From positions 123,917 to 187,916 of the forward strand of contig CAIVPZ010000016.1 in the NCBI GenBank assembly GCA_903907955.1: 64,000 nt of DNA, written 5' to 3'. Of this stretch, positions 19,050 to 28,462 are shown one piece after another; within the stretch, counting starts at the first letter, position 1; the number at the start of each line of letters is the position of its first letter. The stretch is from an uncultured Acetobacteraceae bacterium. Its GTDB lineage: Bacteria > Pseudomonadota > Alphaproteobacteria > Acetobacterales > Acetobacteraceae. The position numbers were made by a program, and so were the translations under genes. The notes under the pieces are model-generated. The model did no database searches, was not told the DNA's origin, and saw only the letters and a program-made list of their open reading frames with translations.

Positions 19050-19715
19050 TCAGTCGGCGGCCAGGGCCATTAAGCGTCGCGCCATGGTCTTGCGCACATA
19101 GTCCTCGACATGTTCGGCGATGATGTCGGCATGGCTGGCGAAAACGTGGTCGCCCCCGGCCAGCACGCGGTAATCGACCGAAACGCCCTTCTGGGTGTTC
19201 AACTTGTCGACCAGTTTCTTGACGGCAGGCTCCGGCACGAGTTCGTCGGTGTCACCGTGCAGCATGAGGCCGCCGCATGGACACGGTGCCAGGAAGCCGA
19301 AATCGTAGTGGTTGGCGGGCGGCGCAACGCTGACCCAGCCCGAGATTTCCGGGCGGCGCATGAGCAGTTGCATGCCGATGAAGGCGCCGAAGGAGTAGCC
19401 GGCGATCCACAGCCCGCCCGAATTGGGGTTGACCGTCTGCATCCAGTCGAGCGCCGCGGCGGCGTCGCCGATCTCGCCGATGCCGCCGTCGTAACGCCCC
19501 TGGCTGCGCCCGACGCCGCGAAAGTTGAAGCGCATCACCGAAAAACCGAGGCGCTGAAACGCCTGGTAGTTCGTATACGTGATGCGGTTGTTCATGGTGC
19601 CGCCATGCAGCGGATGCGGATGCAGCAGCAAAGCCAGCGGCGCCCCCGCTTCCTTCGAGTGATGGTAGCGACCTTCCAACCGGCCGTCAGGGCCGGCGAA
19701 CATGACTTCAGGCAT
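19050..19715 (-). CDS. alpha/beta-fold hydrolase (dienelactone-hydrolase-like)
   Basis: Start MPEVMFAGPDGRLEGRY. HPHPLHGG and the nucleophile elbow GYSFGA. 221 aa. Confidence 0.6.
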   Translation of the reverse strand: MPEVMFAGPDGRLEGRYHHSKEAGAPLALLLHPHPLHGGTMNNRITYTNYQAFQRLGFSVMRFNFRGVGRSQGRYDGGIGEIGDAAAALDWMQTVNPNSGGLWIAGYSFGAFIGMQLLMRRPEISGWVSVAPPANHYDFGFLAPCPCGGLMLHGDTDELVPEPAVKKLVDKLNTQKGVSVDYRVLAGGDHVFASHADIIAEHVEDYVRKTMARRLMALAAD

Positions 19716-20490
19716 GGCGTTCCGAAATCCGTTTCCTGTTCGCGCCGGCCGGGACCGACCGGGCTGAGACCCTAGCGAAGCGACCGGTCCGCTGTTGCCG
19801 ACCGGGAGCATGGATGTGTGATGGCAATCGCTTACCCGCCGACACCACCAATTCGACCAGATCAGCTGCGCCCGGCATCAGATGGGCATGGCCTTCGCGT
19901 TTCGGGTATGCCCATTGCAGGGAAGAGTCATGCAAATAGGCATGATCCTTGCCAGATAGCGAGTCCGATGCGTGGCGATACGCGAAATCTTGACCCCGTG
20001 GCTGCGGAATGCTTGCCTGCACGCGGCACCGGGTTAGATCGGCGGCCACGTGGGGGCGTGACCCCGTTTCGAACTGAACCGTCCTGAACGCATCCGTTGA
20101 CGCCAACGACCTGCCCCGCACGCCATCACCGCTCCTGTCGATAGCTAACTGATTCGGTACCGCTCCGGGCGGGGACGCGACCCCGAAGCGGAGCCGACTA
20201 TAGGTCGGCCGGCGCAGCTTTCATAACGGAAATGTGGCATGGGGTTCATGTTTTTGTGGAATTTTGTCAACCGGCTCAGGAACGGGATCCGCTGGCGGGT
20301 TCGTGCATGACCGCGTTGTTCCGCCGCCTCGGGAGGTGCGCTCCGATCTGGCGTCGCATTGCCGATGTGCGGTGGCGGGCGCATCTGTATTTGCCGGCAC
20401 GGCCGTTGGCCCGGATCGGGCGTTTCCCGACCGGGATTGACCGCCGCCCGGCGCGATCCGGGACGATCCAGCCCGCAGCGGAGTAGGCCC

Positions 20491-20973
20491 ATGCAGCTTT
20501 CCACCCGCGCCCGCTACGCCGTCATGGCGATGGTCGAACTGGCCTGGCGCGAACAGCCCGGCGCCAAAGGCACGGGGAGCCTGGCACCGGTTACCCTGGC
20601 GCAGATCGCGGCCAGCCAGCAATTGAGTCTTTGCTACCTGGAGCAGCTGTTTGGCGGGCTGCGCCGGGCCGGCCTGGTGCTGTCGGCCCGCGGCCCTGGC
20701 GGCGGCTACCGGCTCAGCCGGCCGGCAGCCGATATCGTGGTGGCCGAAATCGTCGATGCCGTGGAGGAGCCGACCCGCGCCACCCGCTGCACCGGCGAAG
20801 GCGGCTGCATGCGCGGCGATGACGGCGAACTGACGCAGTGCCGCACGCATGATCTGTGGGCCGAACTCGGTCAGCAGATCCGCCTGTTCATGTCCGGCAT
20901 CAGCCTGGCCGACGTGGTGCAGGGGCAGGTCGCCGGGCGCGCCAGCCGGCCGGTTCCGCCGGGGGGGGCATGA
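20491..20973 (+). CDS. iscR: Rrf2-family transcriptional regulator (IscR-like)
   Basis: MQLSTRARYAVMAMVELA Rrf2 N-terminal HTH. Cys residues later in the protein (CTGEGGCMRGDDGELTQC) are consistent with a cluster-binding IscR. Internal ATG of track ORF 20359..20973. Confidence 0.7.
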   Translation: MQLSTRARYAVMAMVELAWREQPGAKGTGSLAPVTLAQIAASQQLSLCYLEQLFGGLRRAGLVLSARGPGGGYRLSRPAADIVVAEIVDAVEEPTRATRCTGEGGCMRGDDGELTQCRTHDLWAELGQQIRLFMSGISLADVVQGQVAGRASRPVPPGGA

Positions 20974-22058
20974 CCGGTCTCGACGCCAACGCGACCGAGA
21001 AGCTGCGCCCTGAGGCGCGGCAGGCGGTGCTGGCGGCGCTTGATCTCGGCGGCAATCCGGCTTCGGTGCATGCCGCCGGGCGGGCAGCAAGGCGGCTGCT
21101 GGAGGAAGCGCGGGAGACCATCGCGGTTCGCTTCGGCGGCCGGCCGGCCGATCTGGTGTTCACCTCCGGCGGCACCGAGGCCGATGCGCTGGCGGTGCAC
21201 GCGCTGGGCGCCGGACGCCGGCTGATCGTGGGGGCCACCGAGCATGACGCCGTGCGCACCGCCGCTGGCGGCGCCGCGGTGCTGCCGGTGGACGGCGACG
21301 GGGTGGCCGATCTGGCGGCGCTGCGCCGGCTGCTGGGCGAGGGCGGCCCGGCGCTGGTCTGCCTCATGCTGGCCAACAACGAGACCGGCACGCTGCACCC
21401 GGTCGCCGAGGCGGCCGGGCTGTGCCGGCAGGCGGGCGCGCTGCTGCATGTGGATGCGGTGCAGGCGGCCGGGCGGATCGCCGTCGATTTCGCCGCCCTG
21501 GGGGCGGACAGCCTGGCGCTGTCGTCGCACAAGCTGGGCGGGCCGCCGGGCGCCGGCGCGCTGCTGGTGGCGCCGGCGCTGTCGGCCGGGCTGGCGCCGC
21601 TGATTGCCGGTGGCGGACAGGAGCGCGGGCGTCGCGGTGGCACCCCGCCGCTGCCGGCGATCGCCGGGTTTGCCGCCGCCGCCCTGGTGGCGCGCGGGGC
21701 CGCGGCGCTGGCGCCGCTGCGGGATGAAGCCGAGCGCGGCGCAATGGAGGCCGGCGCCGTTGCCCTGGGGGCCGGCGCGCCGCGCCTGCCCAACACAAGC
21801 TGTCTGGCGCTGCCCGGGGTGCGGGCGGACACCCAGGTGATCGCCCTTGATCTGGCCGGCGTGCAGGTTTCCGCCGGGGCGGCCTGCAGTTCCGGCAAGG
21901 TTGCCCGCAGCCATGTGCTGGACGCCATGGGGGCGGGCGCGCTGGCCGGCCAGGCGATCCGGGTGTCGCTGCCCTGGTGCGCCGGGCCGGCGGAGGTGGA
22001 CGCCTTCCTGCGTGCCTACCGGGCGATGGCGGAACGGCTTTCCCGCCGGGCGGCCTGA
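20970..22058 (+). CDS. cysteine desulfurase (class V aminotransferase, NifS-like)
   Basis: Start MTGLDANA overlaps the iscR stop (ATGA). PLP-lysine motif SSHKLGGPPGAGAL and active-site Cys region AGAACSSG. Confidence 0.7.
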   Translation: MTGLDANATEKLRPEARQAVLAALDLGGNPASVHAAGRAARRLLEEARETIAVRFGGRPADLVFTSGGTEADALAVHALGAGRRLIVGATEHDAVRTAAGGAAVLPVDGDGVADLAALRRLLGEGGPALVCLMLANNETGTLHPVAEAAGLCRQAGALLHVDAVQAAGRIAVDFAALGADSLALSSHKLGGPPGAGALLVAPALSAGLAPLIAGGGQERGRRGGTPPLPAIAGFAAAALVARGAAALAPLRDEAERGAMEAGAVALGAGAPRLPNTSCLALPGVRADTQVIALDLAGVQVSAGAACSSGKVARSHVLDAMGAGALAGQAIRVSLPWCAGPAEVDAFLRAYRAMAERLSRRAA

Positions 22059-22073
22059 CCCTACATCAGCCGC

Positions 22074-23252
22074 ATGCCGTATTGCCCCGACCTGCCCGTC
22101 TACCTGGACAACCAGGCCACCACGCCGTGCGATTCGCGCGTGCTTGCCGCCATGCTGCCCTGGTTTGCCGAGCGGTTCGGCAACCCGCACAGCGTCGAGC
22201 ATGCGATGGGACGGCAGGCCGAGGCGGCGGTGGAGCAGGCGCGCGCGCAGGTGGCGGGGCTGATCGGGGCGGAGCCGCGCGAGGTGGTGTTCACCTCGGG
22301 TGCCACCGAGAGCAACAACATCGCCATCAAGGGCGCCGCCCGCCATGCCGCCGCCGGCGATCCACGGCGCCGGGTGGTGACGGTGGCAACCGAGCACAAA
22401 TGCGTGCTGGAGTCGGTGGCCGACCTGCGGGCCGAAGGTTTTGATCCCGTGCTGCTGCCGGTGCGGCCGGACGGGCTGCTCGACACGGCGGTGCTGGCCC
22501 GCGCGCTGGCTGTGCCGACGCTGCTGGTCAGCGTGATGGCGGTGAACAACGAGACCGGCGTGGTGCAGGACCTGGCCGGGCTGGCGGCGCTGGCCCGGGG
22601 GACGGGGGCGCTGTTCCACACCGATGCGGCGCAGGGCTTCGGCAAGATCCCGCTCGATGTGGGTGCGCTGGGCATCGATCTGCTGTCGGTCAGCGGCCAC
22701 AAGGTTTACGGCCCGAAGGGGGTGGGGGCGCTGTATGTGCGCCGGCGCCCGCGGGTGCGGCTGGCGCCGCTGTTTTCCGGCGGCGGGCAGGAGCGGGGCC
22801 TGCGCGCCGGCACGCTGCCGGTGCCGCTGATTGTCGGGCTGGGCGAGGCGGCCCGGCTGGCGCAGGGCGAAATGGCGGCGGAGGCGGTGCGCCTTGCCGG
22901 GCTGCGCGACCGGCTTCTGGCGCGGCTGACGGCGGCGTTGCCGGGGATCGTGGTGAACGGCAGCCTTGAATCGCGCATACCGGGCAACCTGAACATTACC
23001 TTCCCGGCCGCCGGTGCCGCCGCGCTGATGGCGGCGGTGCCGGAACTTTGTTTGTCCACCGGCTCGGCCTGTTCCTCGGCTGAGCTGGAGCCTTCCTATG
23101 TGCTGCGCGCATTGGGGCTGTCGGATGCCGCCGCTTCACGCACCTTGCGGATCGGGATCGGACGCTTTACCTCCCCGGCCGAAATCGACTTCGCGGCGGC
23201 GGCTCTGGTCCGCGCGCACGTCGAGGTCGCGCATGCACAGATCGAGGCCTGA
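22074..23252 (+). CDS. iscS: cysteine desulfurase IscS
   Basis: [15 protein letters not shown]-terminal signature, [21 protein letters not shown]-Lys motif, and STGSACSS active-site loop. Confidence 0.75.
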   Translation: MPYCPDLPVYLDNQATTPCDSRVLAAMLPWFAERFGNPHSVEHAMGRQAEAAVEQARAQVAGLIGAEPREVVFTSGATESNNIAIKGAARHAAAGDPRRRVVTVATEHKCVLESVADLRAEGFDPVLLPVRPDGLLDTAVLARALAVPTLLVSVMAVNNETGVVQDLAGLAALARGTGALFHTDAAQGFGKIPLDVGALGIDLLSVSGHKVYGPKGVGALYVRRRPRVRLAPLFSGGGQERGLRAGTLPVPLIVGLGEAARLAQGEMAAEAVRLAGLRDRLLARLTAALPGIVVNGSLESRIPGNLNITFPAAGAAALMAAVPELCLSTGSACSSAELEPSYVLRALGLSDAAASRTLRIGIGRFTSPAEIDFAAAALVRAHVEVAHAQIEA

Positions 23253-23259
23253 CCAATCC

Positions 23260-23592
23260 ATGCCCAGGATGACCTTCATCGAGCGCGACGGTTCGCGCCG
23301 CGACGTGGATGCACCGCTCGGCCTGTCCGTGCTGGAGGTCGCGCACAAGAATGGGGTGGATATCGAGGGCGCCTGCGAGGGGTCGCTGGCCTGCTCGACC
23401 TGCCACGTGATCGTCGATCCGGGCTGGTTCGCCCGGCTGGCGAAGCCGACCGAGGACGAGGAGGACATGCTCGATCTGGCGTTCGGGCTGGAGAAGACTT
23501 CCCGGCTGGGCTGTCAGATCGTGATGACCGAGGCGCTGGACGGGCTTGTGGTGCGCCTGCCGGCGGCCACGCGCAACGCGGCCGGCGACTGA
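23260..23592 (+). CDS. fdx: 2Fe-2S ferredoxin (adrenodoxin/Fdx type)
   Basis: [50 protein letters not shown]...LGCQ carries the four cluster Cys in Fdx spacing. Internal ATG of track ORF 23098..23592. Confidence 0.75.
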   Translation: MPRMTFIERDGSRRDVDAPLGLSVLEVAHKNGVDIEGACEGSLACSTCHVIVDPGWFARLAKPTEDEEDMLDLAFGLEKTSRLGCQIVMTEALDGLVVRLPAATRNAAGD

Positions 23593-23614
23593 GCGCTTTT
23601 TTCGGAATGGGGTG

Positions 23615-23657
23615 CAGGGGGCCACTGCCCCCTGCCGGGTCCAGGGCAGCGCCCTGG
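23615..23657. repeat. REP-like double-hairpin element, copy 3, orientation A
   Basis: CAGGGGGC-cact-GCCCCCTG, ccgggt, CCAGGGC-agc-GCCCTGG. Located between the fdx stop and the mnmA start. Identical over about 52 bp to the copy at 35902. Confidence 0.55.
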
Positions 23658-23685
23658 CCTTTATTCTTGTTGTCGGGATGCACCC

Positions 23686-24753
23686 ATGCGCGTGCTGGTA
23701 GCCATGTCCGGCGGCGTGGACAGCAGCGCCGTCGCCGGCCTGCTGGCCGAGGCCGGCCACGAGGTGATCGGCGTCACCCTGCAACTGTACGACCACGGCC
23801 AGGCGTCCGCCCGCAAGGGGGCCTGCTGTGCCGGCCAGGACATCCATGATGCGCGCCGGGTGGCCGACCATCTGGGCATCCCCCATTACGTCATCGACGC
23901 CGAGGCAAGGTTCCGCGCGGCGGTGATTGCCGACTTTGCCGACGCCTATGCGCGCGGCGAGACTCCGGTGCCGTGCGTGCGCTGCAACCAGACGGTGAAG
24001 TTCACCGATCTGCTGGCACTGGCCGATGATCTGGGCGCCGAGGCTTTGGCCACCGGCCATTACGTGCGCCGTGTGGAAGGGCCGGAGGGGGCGGAGTTGC
24101 ACCGCGCCGCCGACCCGGCGCGCGACCAGAGCTGGTTCCTGTTTGCCACCACGCGGGCGCAACTGGCGCGCACGCTGTTTCCGCTCGGCGGCATGCCGGA
24201 CAAGGCGGCGGTGCGGGCGGTGGCGGCCAGGCTGGGGCTGCCGGTGGCCAGCAAGCCGGATAGTCAGGACATCTGTTTCGTGCCGCAGGGCAGCTACGCC
24301 GATGTGGTGGCCCGGCTGCACCCGGAGGCGGCCGAGTCGGGCGATATCGTCACCATTGCGGGCGAGGTGGTCGGCCGACACGACGGCATCGCCCGCTACA
24401 CGGTGGGGCAGGCGAAGCGACTGGGTGTGGCGGCGCAGGCGGGCGGGGTGCGGCGCGTGGTGGTGGCGCTGGACGGCGCGCGGCGGCGGGTGGTGGTCGG
24501 GCCGGCCGGCGGCGGCACGCGGCTGGTCGCGCTGCGCGAGGTGAACTGGCTGACCGAGGAGCGGGCGCTGCGCTGTGCGGTGAAGCTGCGGGCAAGGGAT
24601 TCGCTGCATCCGGCCGGGATTGTGCCGACCGCGGATGGCGCGGAGGTGCATCTCGATGCCCCGGCGCTGCCGGCGCCCGGACAGGCCTGTGTATTCTATG
24701 ACGGCAGCCGGGTGCTGGGGGGCGGGTTCATCCGGCCGCCGGCGGCGGGTTGA
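23686..24753 (+). CDS. mnmA: tRNA 2-thiouridine(34) synthase MnmA
   Basis: [17 protein letters not shown]-loop motif, catalytic Cys region VPCVRCN, and C-terminal beta-barrel. 355 aa. Confidence 0.85.
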   Translation: MRVLVAMSGGVDSSAVAGLLAEAGHEVIGVTLQLYDHGQASARKGACCAGQDIHDARRVADHLGIPHYVIDAEARFRAAVIADFADAYARGETPVPCVRCNQTVKFTDLLALADDLGAEALATGHYVRRVEGPEGAELHRAADPARDQSWFLFATTRAQLARTLFPLGGMPDKAAVRAVAARLGLPVASKPDSQDICFVPQGSYADVVARLHPEAAESGDIVTIAGEVVGRHDGIARYTVGQAKRLGVAAQAGGVRRVVVALDGARRRVVVGPAGGGTRLVALREVNWLTEERALRCAVKLRARDSLHPAGIVPTADGAEVHLDAPALPAPGQACVFYDGSRVLGGGFIRPPAAG

Positions 24754-24806
24754 GGTTGACTTCGGCGGTGGGGAAGCGGTATTTCCCCGCCCCTCCGCGA
24801 TGGGAT

Positions 24807-24881
24807 GGCGGCGTAGCTCAGCGGTAGAGCAGGGGAATCATAATCCCTTGGTCGGTGGTTCAAATCCGCCCGCCGCTACCA
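24807..24881 (+). tRNA. tRNA-Met (anticodon CAT), elongator type
   Basis: Cloverleaf folded by hand: acceptor GGCGGCG/CGCCGCT; D-arm GCTC-agcggta-GAGC; anticodon stem GGGGA/TCCCT with loop aTCATAa; T-arm GGTGG-ttcaaat-CCGCC; discriminator A; CCA encoded. A T-rich tract follows (gggtttgtttttc). Confidence 0.75.
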
Positions 24882-25090
24882 TCCGGGTTTGTTTTTCAAG
24901 CAGTTCTGCCGATCCTGCGGCGCGCAAACTGACACCGGCTGCCAGGCGACCAAACCTTGGGCCGGCGGTGGAATCTGCCGCGGCTTTTCTCAGAGCCTGA
25001 AAAACCATCGAACTTGAAAAAGAACGCCCGCTGACATCATAGAGTTTTCCGTCATCGTTCGACGGCTTGCGGGCATTCTTTTCCAAACTC

Positions 25091-26509
25091 TCAGCCCGGT
25101 TCGGGGGCGGCGAAGGGCTGCGCGACCTCCAGCGTGCGGGCCGCCCGCAGCACCAGATCGTCACGGTAGATCGCTGCCACGATCTGCACCGAGCGCGGCA
25201 GGCCGTTGGCGGCGCAGCCCATCGGCACGGTGATGGCGGGCTGGCGGGTGAGGTTGAAGGGGAAGGTCCACGGCGCCCAGTCCATCCACACCGCTTCGAT
25301 CGGGTCGCCGAGCGGCGCGTCGGTCAGTGGCGGCAGGCCGGGCACGGTGGGGCACAGCACCAGGTCGTAGCGCTGGTGCAGCCGGGCCATGGCATGCGCG
25401 GTGGCGATGCGCAGCGCCTCCATCTCCAGGATGTCGCTGGCGGGCACGCCCTGGTGTGCCGCCGCCACCTCCAGCAGGCCCGGGTCGAGCATGTGGTGGC
25501 GGGTCTCGGGGAAGCCGCCGACCAGGCGCAGCAGGGCCGCGCCCCGCAGGCGGCAGAACAGATCCCGCGTGTCGGGCAGCTCCGGATCGGCCTCCTCGAC
25601 CTCGGCGCCGGCTTCGGTGAGCAGTTGGGCGGCCAGTTCGACGGCGGCGATGCCTTCCCAGTCCACCGGCGCGTCGAAGCCGGGGCGGCGCAGCACCGCC
25701 ACCCGCATCTCGGCGACCCCGTCCTCGATGCCGGTGCGCCAGTCGCGGGGCTCGCCGTGCGCCCCGGCATGGGCTTCCGGGGGCAGGCTGAACGGGTCGC
25801 GCAGGTCGAAGCCGGCGATGGCGGAGAGCATCAGGGCGGCGTCGCGCACGGTGCGGGTGATCGGACCGGCCGCCGCCACCGGGGCGAGGGCGCCGAGCGG
25901 CCATTGCGGCACCCGGCCGAAGGTTGGCTTCAGCCCGACCACGCCGCACCAGGCGGCGGGGATGCGGATGGAGCCGCCGGCATCGGTGGCGAGATGCAGC
26001 GGTCCGAACCCGGCGGCGGCGCCGGCGGCGGCGCCGCATGAGGAGCCGCCCGCGGTGTGCAGCTTGTTCCAGGGGTTGCGGGTGATGCCGTGCAGCGGGC
26101 TGTCGCCCGGCGACTTCCAGCCGAACTCGGTGGTGGTGGTCTTGCCGATCACCACGGCGCCCTGCTGCTTGAGGCCAAGCACCGACGGCGCGTCGTCGGC
26201 CACCGGGGCCGGGTCGGTCAGGCGCGAGCCGCGGCGGGTGGGGAAGCCGGCCAGGTCGATCAGGTCCTTCACCGTTACCGGCACGCCGTCCAGCGCCCCG
26301 CGCGGCCGGCCGGCCCGCCAGCGCGCCTCGCTTTCGCCGGCCGCCTCCAGGCTGCGCGGGTTCATCACCGCGAAGGCGTTGATCCCGGGGTTGAGGCGGG
26401 CGATGCGCTCGGTCACCGCCTTCAGCACCTCGACAGGGCTGAGCGCGCGGCGGGCATAGTGCGCGAGGAGTTCCTCGGCCGGCATCAGGGCGGGATCGGT
26501 GGCTGTCAT
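25091..26509 (-). CDS. amidase (amidase-signature family)
   Basis: Start MTATDPALMPAEELLAHY, an internal ATG of track ORF 25091..26902. AS signature GGSSCGAAAGAAAGFGPLHLATDAGGSIRIPAAWCGVVGLKPTFGRV with the Ser-cisSer-Lys triad context. Confidence 0.75.
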   Translation of the reverse strand: MTATDPALMPAEELLAHYARRALSPVEVLKAVTERIARLNPGINAFAVMNPRSLEAAGESEARWRAGRPRGALDGVPVTVKDLIDLAGFPTRRGSRLTDPAPVADDAPSVLGLKQQGAVVIGKTTTTEFGWKSPGDSPLHGITRNPWNKLHTAGGSSCGAAAGAAAGFGPLHLATDAGGSIRIPAAWCGVVGLKPTFGRVPQWPLGALAPVAAAGPITRTVRDAALMLSAIAGFDLRDPFSLPPEAHAGAHGEPRDWRTGIEDGVAEMRVAVLRRPGFDAPVDWEGIAAVELAAQLLTEAGAEVEEADPELPDTRDLFCRLRGAALLRLVGGFPETRHHMLDPGLLEVAAAHQGVPASDILEMEALRIATAHAMARLHQRYDLVLCPTVPGLPPLTDAPLGDPIEAVWMDWAPWTFPFNLTRQPAITVPMGCAANGLPRSVQIVAAIYRDDLVLRAARTLEVAQPFAAPEPG

Positions 26510-26604
26510 GGTGTTTTCCAGGGGCGCGGTATTGCAGGTCCGGGGCTTCCAGCGCCCGGGGAACCTGCGCAGCATAGGCACCGGCACGGCGGAGGAAACC
26601 CCGA

Positions 26605-26697
26605 ATGACGGCAACGATAGCACAGATCGCGCCGGCGGATATGGCGCGGTGGGGCTGGGAGCAGGCGGGCCGGAGTCTGGCCGGCGGCCGATGCTGA
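26605..26697 (+). CDS. candidate 30-aa leader peptide upstream of, and overlapping, the small membrane ORF
   Basis: MTATIAQIAPADMARWGWEQAGRSLAGGRC. RBS ggaggaaa 7 nt upstream. Its stop lies inside ATGCTGA, which holds the start of the next ORF. GC3 about 75 percent. Not in the track (below 60 aa). Confidence 0.25.
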   Translation: MTATIAQIAPADMARWGWEQAGRSLAGGRC

Positions 26698-26921
26698 TCT
26701 GGCTGCGGGCCAATCCGCTGGCCGGGCGGCTGCTGGTCAAGCTGGCGGTGGCGCTGCCGCTGGGGCTTGGCTGCGGCGTGCTGCTGGCCTGGCTGTGCGA
26801 TGTGCTCGGGCTGTCGCAGAACCTGGCGGCGGTGGGGGCCGCGGTGGTGGCGGTGGCGGCGGCGACGCGGCTCGCCGCCCGCGTTGCCGACCATCTGGGC
26901 ATCCCCGAGCCGGAGAGCTGA
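26691..26921 (+). CDS. small two-TM membrane protein (76 aa), hypothetical
   Basis: [76 protein letters not shown]. Two hydrophobic helices. GC3 above 90 percent. In frame within track ORF 26499..26921. Divergent from the amidase gene. Confidence 0.35.
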   Translation: MLIWLRANPLAGRLLVKLAVALPLGLGCGVLLAWLCDVLGLSQNLAAVGAAVVAVAAATRLAARVADHLGIPEPES

Positions 26922-26945
26922 GGGCGGGCGGCGACGAATGGTAAC

Positions 26946-27791
26946 CTACCTGGCCGCTGGCAGCGCCCGCGCCCAGCGCAGCCCTTCCTCCACCCAGCCT
27001 GCCGCCATCTCGTGCCCGCCCGGGTGCAGGCACAATTGCAGCGTGTGACGTGTGCTGCAGGACCATACCTCGCAGGCCAGTCCGCCGCTCTGCGCCGGCC
27101 GCTCGGGCGGCGCCGTGCACCGGTTGGTCTCGCGCCAGATGTCGAAGCCGCGCGCGATGTCGGCCTGCCGCCAGCGGTCGAGGATCGCCCGCCCGGCCAG
27201 CGGCACCATGGGGTCGGCGGCGCCGTGCACGTGGCGCAGATTGACCGGCGCGGTGCAGGCGGTCGGCATGCGTTCCCAGAACCCGCCGGCGAAGGGCAGA
27301 AAGGCGGTGAAGCCCAGCGGCGCGAAACAGGCCATGTCCCACACCATCGAGGCGCCCTGGCTGAATCCGCCCAGCACGATCAGCCGCGCATCGACGGGAT
27401 AATGCCGCTTCACCTCGGCCAGCACGTTCTGCAGGAATGCGCGGTCGTCGCGCGCCTGGCTGGGTGATCCCTGGTGCGACCAGGTGCGGTTCAGACCGTC
27501 CGGTGCCACCAGCAGGAAGCCGAGCTTGCCGGCCGGCCCCGCGACCTGCTGATCGCCCACGATGTCGGCGCCCTCGCTGGTGTAGCCGTGCAGGAACATC
27601 AGCACCGGCAGCTTCGCGTGGCCGTCCCATGCCGGCGGCGCCAGCACGCGATAGGTGCCCCCGCCGGGCAGCCGGCACGGGTCGCAGGGCTCGGCCGCGC
27701 CGGCGATGCCCGGCCGCGCGGCGAGCGGCCATGCGAGCATGGACAGCGCGAGCAGCAGAAAAAAGCCAAACGCGGGGCGCATCAGCTTCAT
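26946..27791 (-). CDS. secreted esterase of the PHB depolymerase family (second paralog in the window)
   Basis: Start MKLMRPAFGFFLLLALSMLAWPLAA, a signal peptide. LMFLHGYTSEG and nucleophile elbow GFSQGASM. Start codon overlaps the stop of the upstream phosphoesterase. Confidence 0.65.
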   Translation of the reverse strand: MKLMRPAFGFFLLLALSMLAWPLAARPGIAGAAEPCDPCRLPGGGTYRVLAPPAWDGHAKLPVLMFLHGYTSEGADIVGDQQVAGPAGKLGFLLVAPDGLNRTWSHQGSPSQARDDRAFLQNVLAEVKRHYPVDARLIVLGGFSQGASMVWDMACFAPLGFTAFLPFAGGFWERMPTACTAPVNLRHVHGAADPMVPLAGRAILDRWRQADIARGFDIWRETNRCTAPPERPAQSGGLACEVWSCSTRHTLQLCLHPGGHEMAAGWVEEGLRWARALPAAR

Positions 27792-28462
27792 TCCTCCCCC
27801 GGCAGGTCGATCCACGACAGGTGTCCGCCTTTGCCCGCGCCGGTGTCGACGAACACCGCCCGGCCGCCGGCCGCTCCATGTCTGGTCCAGGGCCGGCCGT
27901 CGGTGCTGCGGATGTCGTGGCCGCAATAGACGGTCAGTCCCGCCGGGATGCGGTCCACCCAGTCCAGCAGCCGCTCGGGGTAGCCGTCCGGCTGGCGGCG
28001 TCCGGTGGTCTGGCCGAACAGCGCACGCGCCAACGGCCCCTCGACCTTGCCGCCGAAGCGCGGCGGTTGCTGGTACAGCATGGAGGTGTGAAAGCCGCCA
28101 TGCACGAAGAAGGCGCGGCCCCGCCTGAGCCAGGCCGGCGCCTGCGCGATCGCCGCGAGGACGCGGCTGCGCAGGGCCGTGTCCAGTTGCGCCGCCGTTG
28201 CCAGCAGCGTCGCGTCTGTCTTCACCGCCCGGCCGGACAGCAGCCGCGCCAGCTTGTGGTCGTGGTTGCCGAGCAGGAACAGGCCGCGCCCCCCCTCCAG
28301 CAGGTCGAGCGCGATGCGCAGCACGCCGGCACTGTCGGTGCCGCCATCGACCAGGTCGCCGAGTTGCACCACGAACCGGTCGGTCTGCGCCGCCAGCGCG
28401 AAGGCCCGCGCATCGCCGTGCACGTCGCCGACCACGCGCAGAGGGATGCCGGCGGGGATCAC
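27788..28462 (-). CDS. calcineurin-like metallophosphoesterase (ApaH/PP1-like)
   Basis: VVGDVHGDARAF, QLGDLVDGG and LGNHD metal-binding motifs. 224 aa. Confidence 0.65.
   Translation of the reverse strand: MIPAGIPLRVVGDVHGDARAFALAAQTDRFVVQLGDLVDGGTDSAGVLRIALDLLEGGRGLFLLGNHDHKLARLLSGRAVKTDATLLATAAQLDTALRSRVLAAIAQAPAWLRRGRAFFVHGGFHTSMLYQQPPRFGGKVEGPLARALFGQTTGRRQPDGYPERLLDWVDRIPAGLTVYCGHDIRSTDGRPWTRHGAAGGRAVFVDTGAGKGGHLSWIDLPGEE

Noticed and set aside
19716-20490. tmRNA, RNase P RNA, 6S RNA or SRP RNA in the long gene-free tract
   Set aside because: None of the conserved cores I know (SRP GGUG...AGCAGCC domain IV, RNase P P4 GGAAAGUCC...ACAGAA, tmRNA resume codon with tag reading frame) could be found by eye. 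An uncharacterised sRNA remains possible and is reported as a finding instead.
24807-24881. Initiator tRNA-fMet
   Set aside because: Anticodon is CAT, but the anticodon stem lacks the three consecutive G-C pairs (positions 29-31 and 39-41 are G-C, G-C, A-U), and positions 1 and 72 can pair (G-U). The D-arm and overall sequence look like elongator tRNA-Met.
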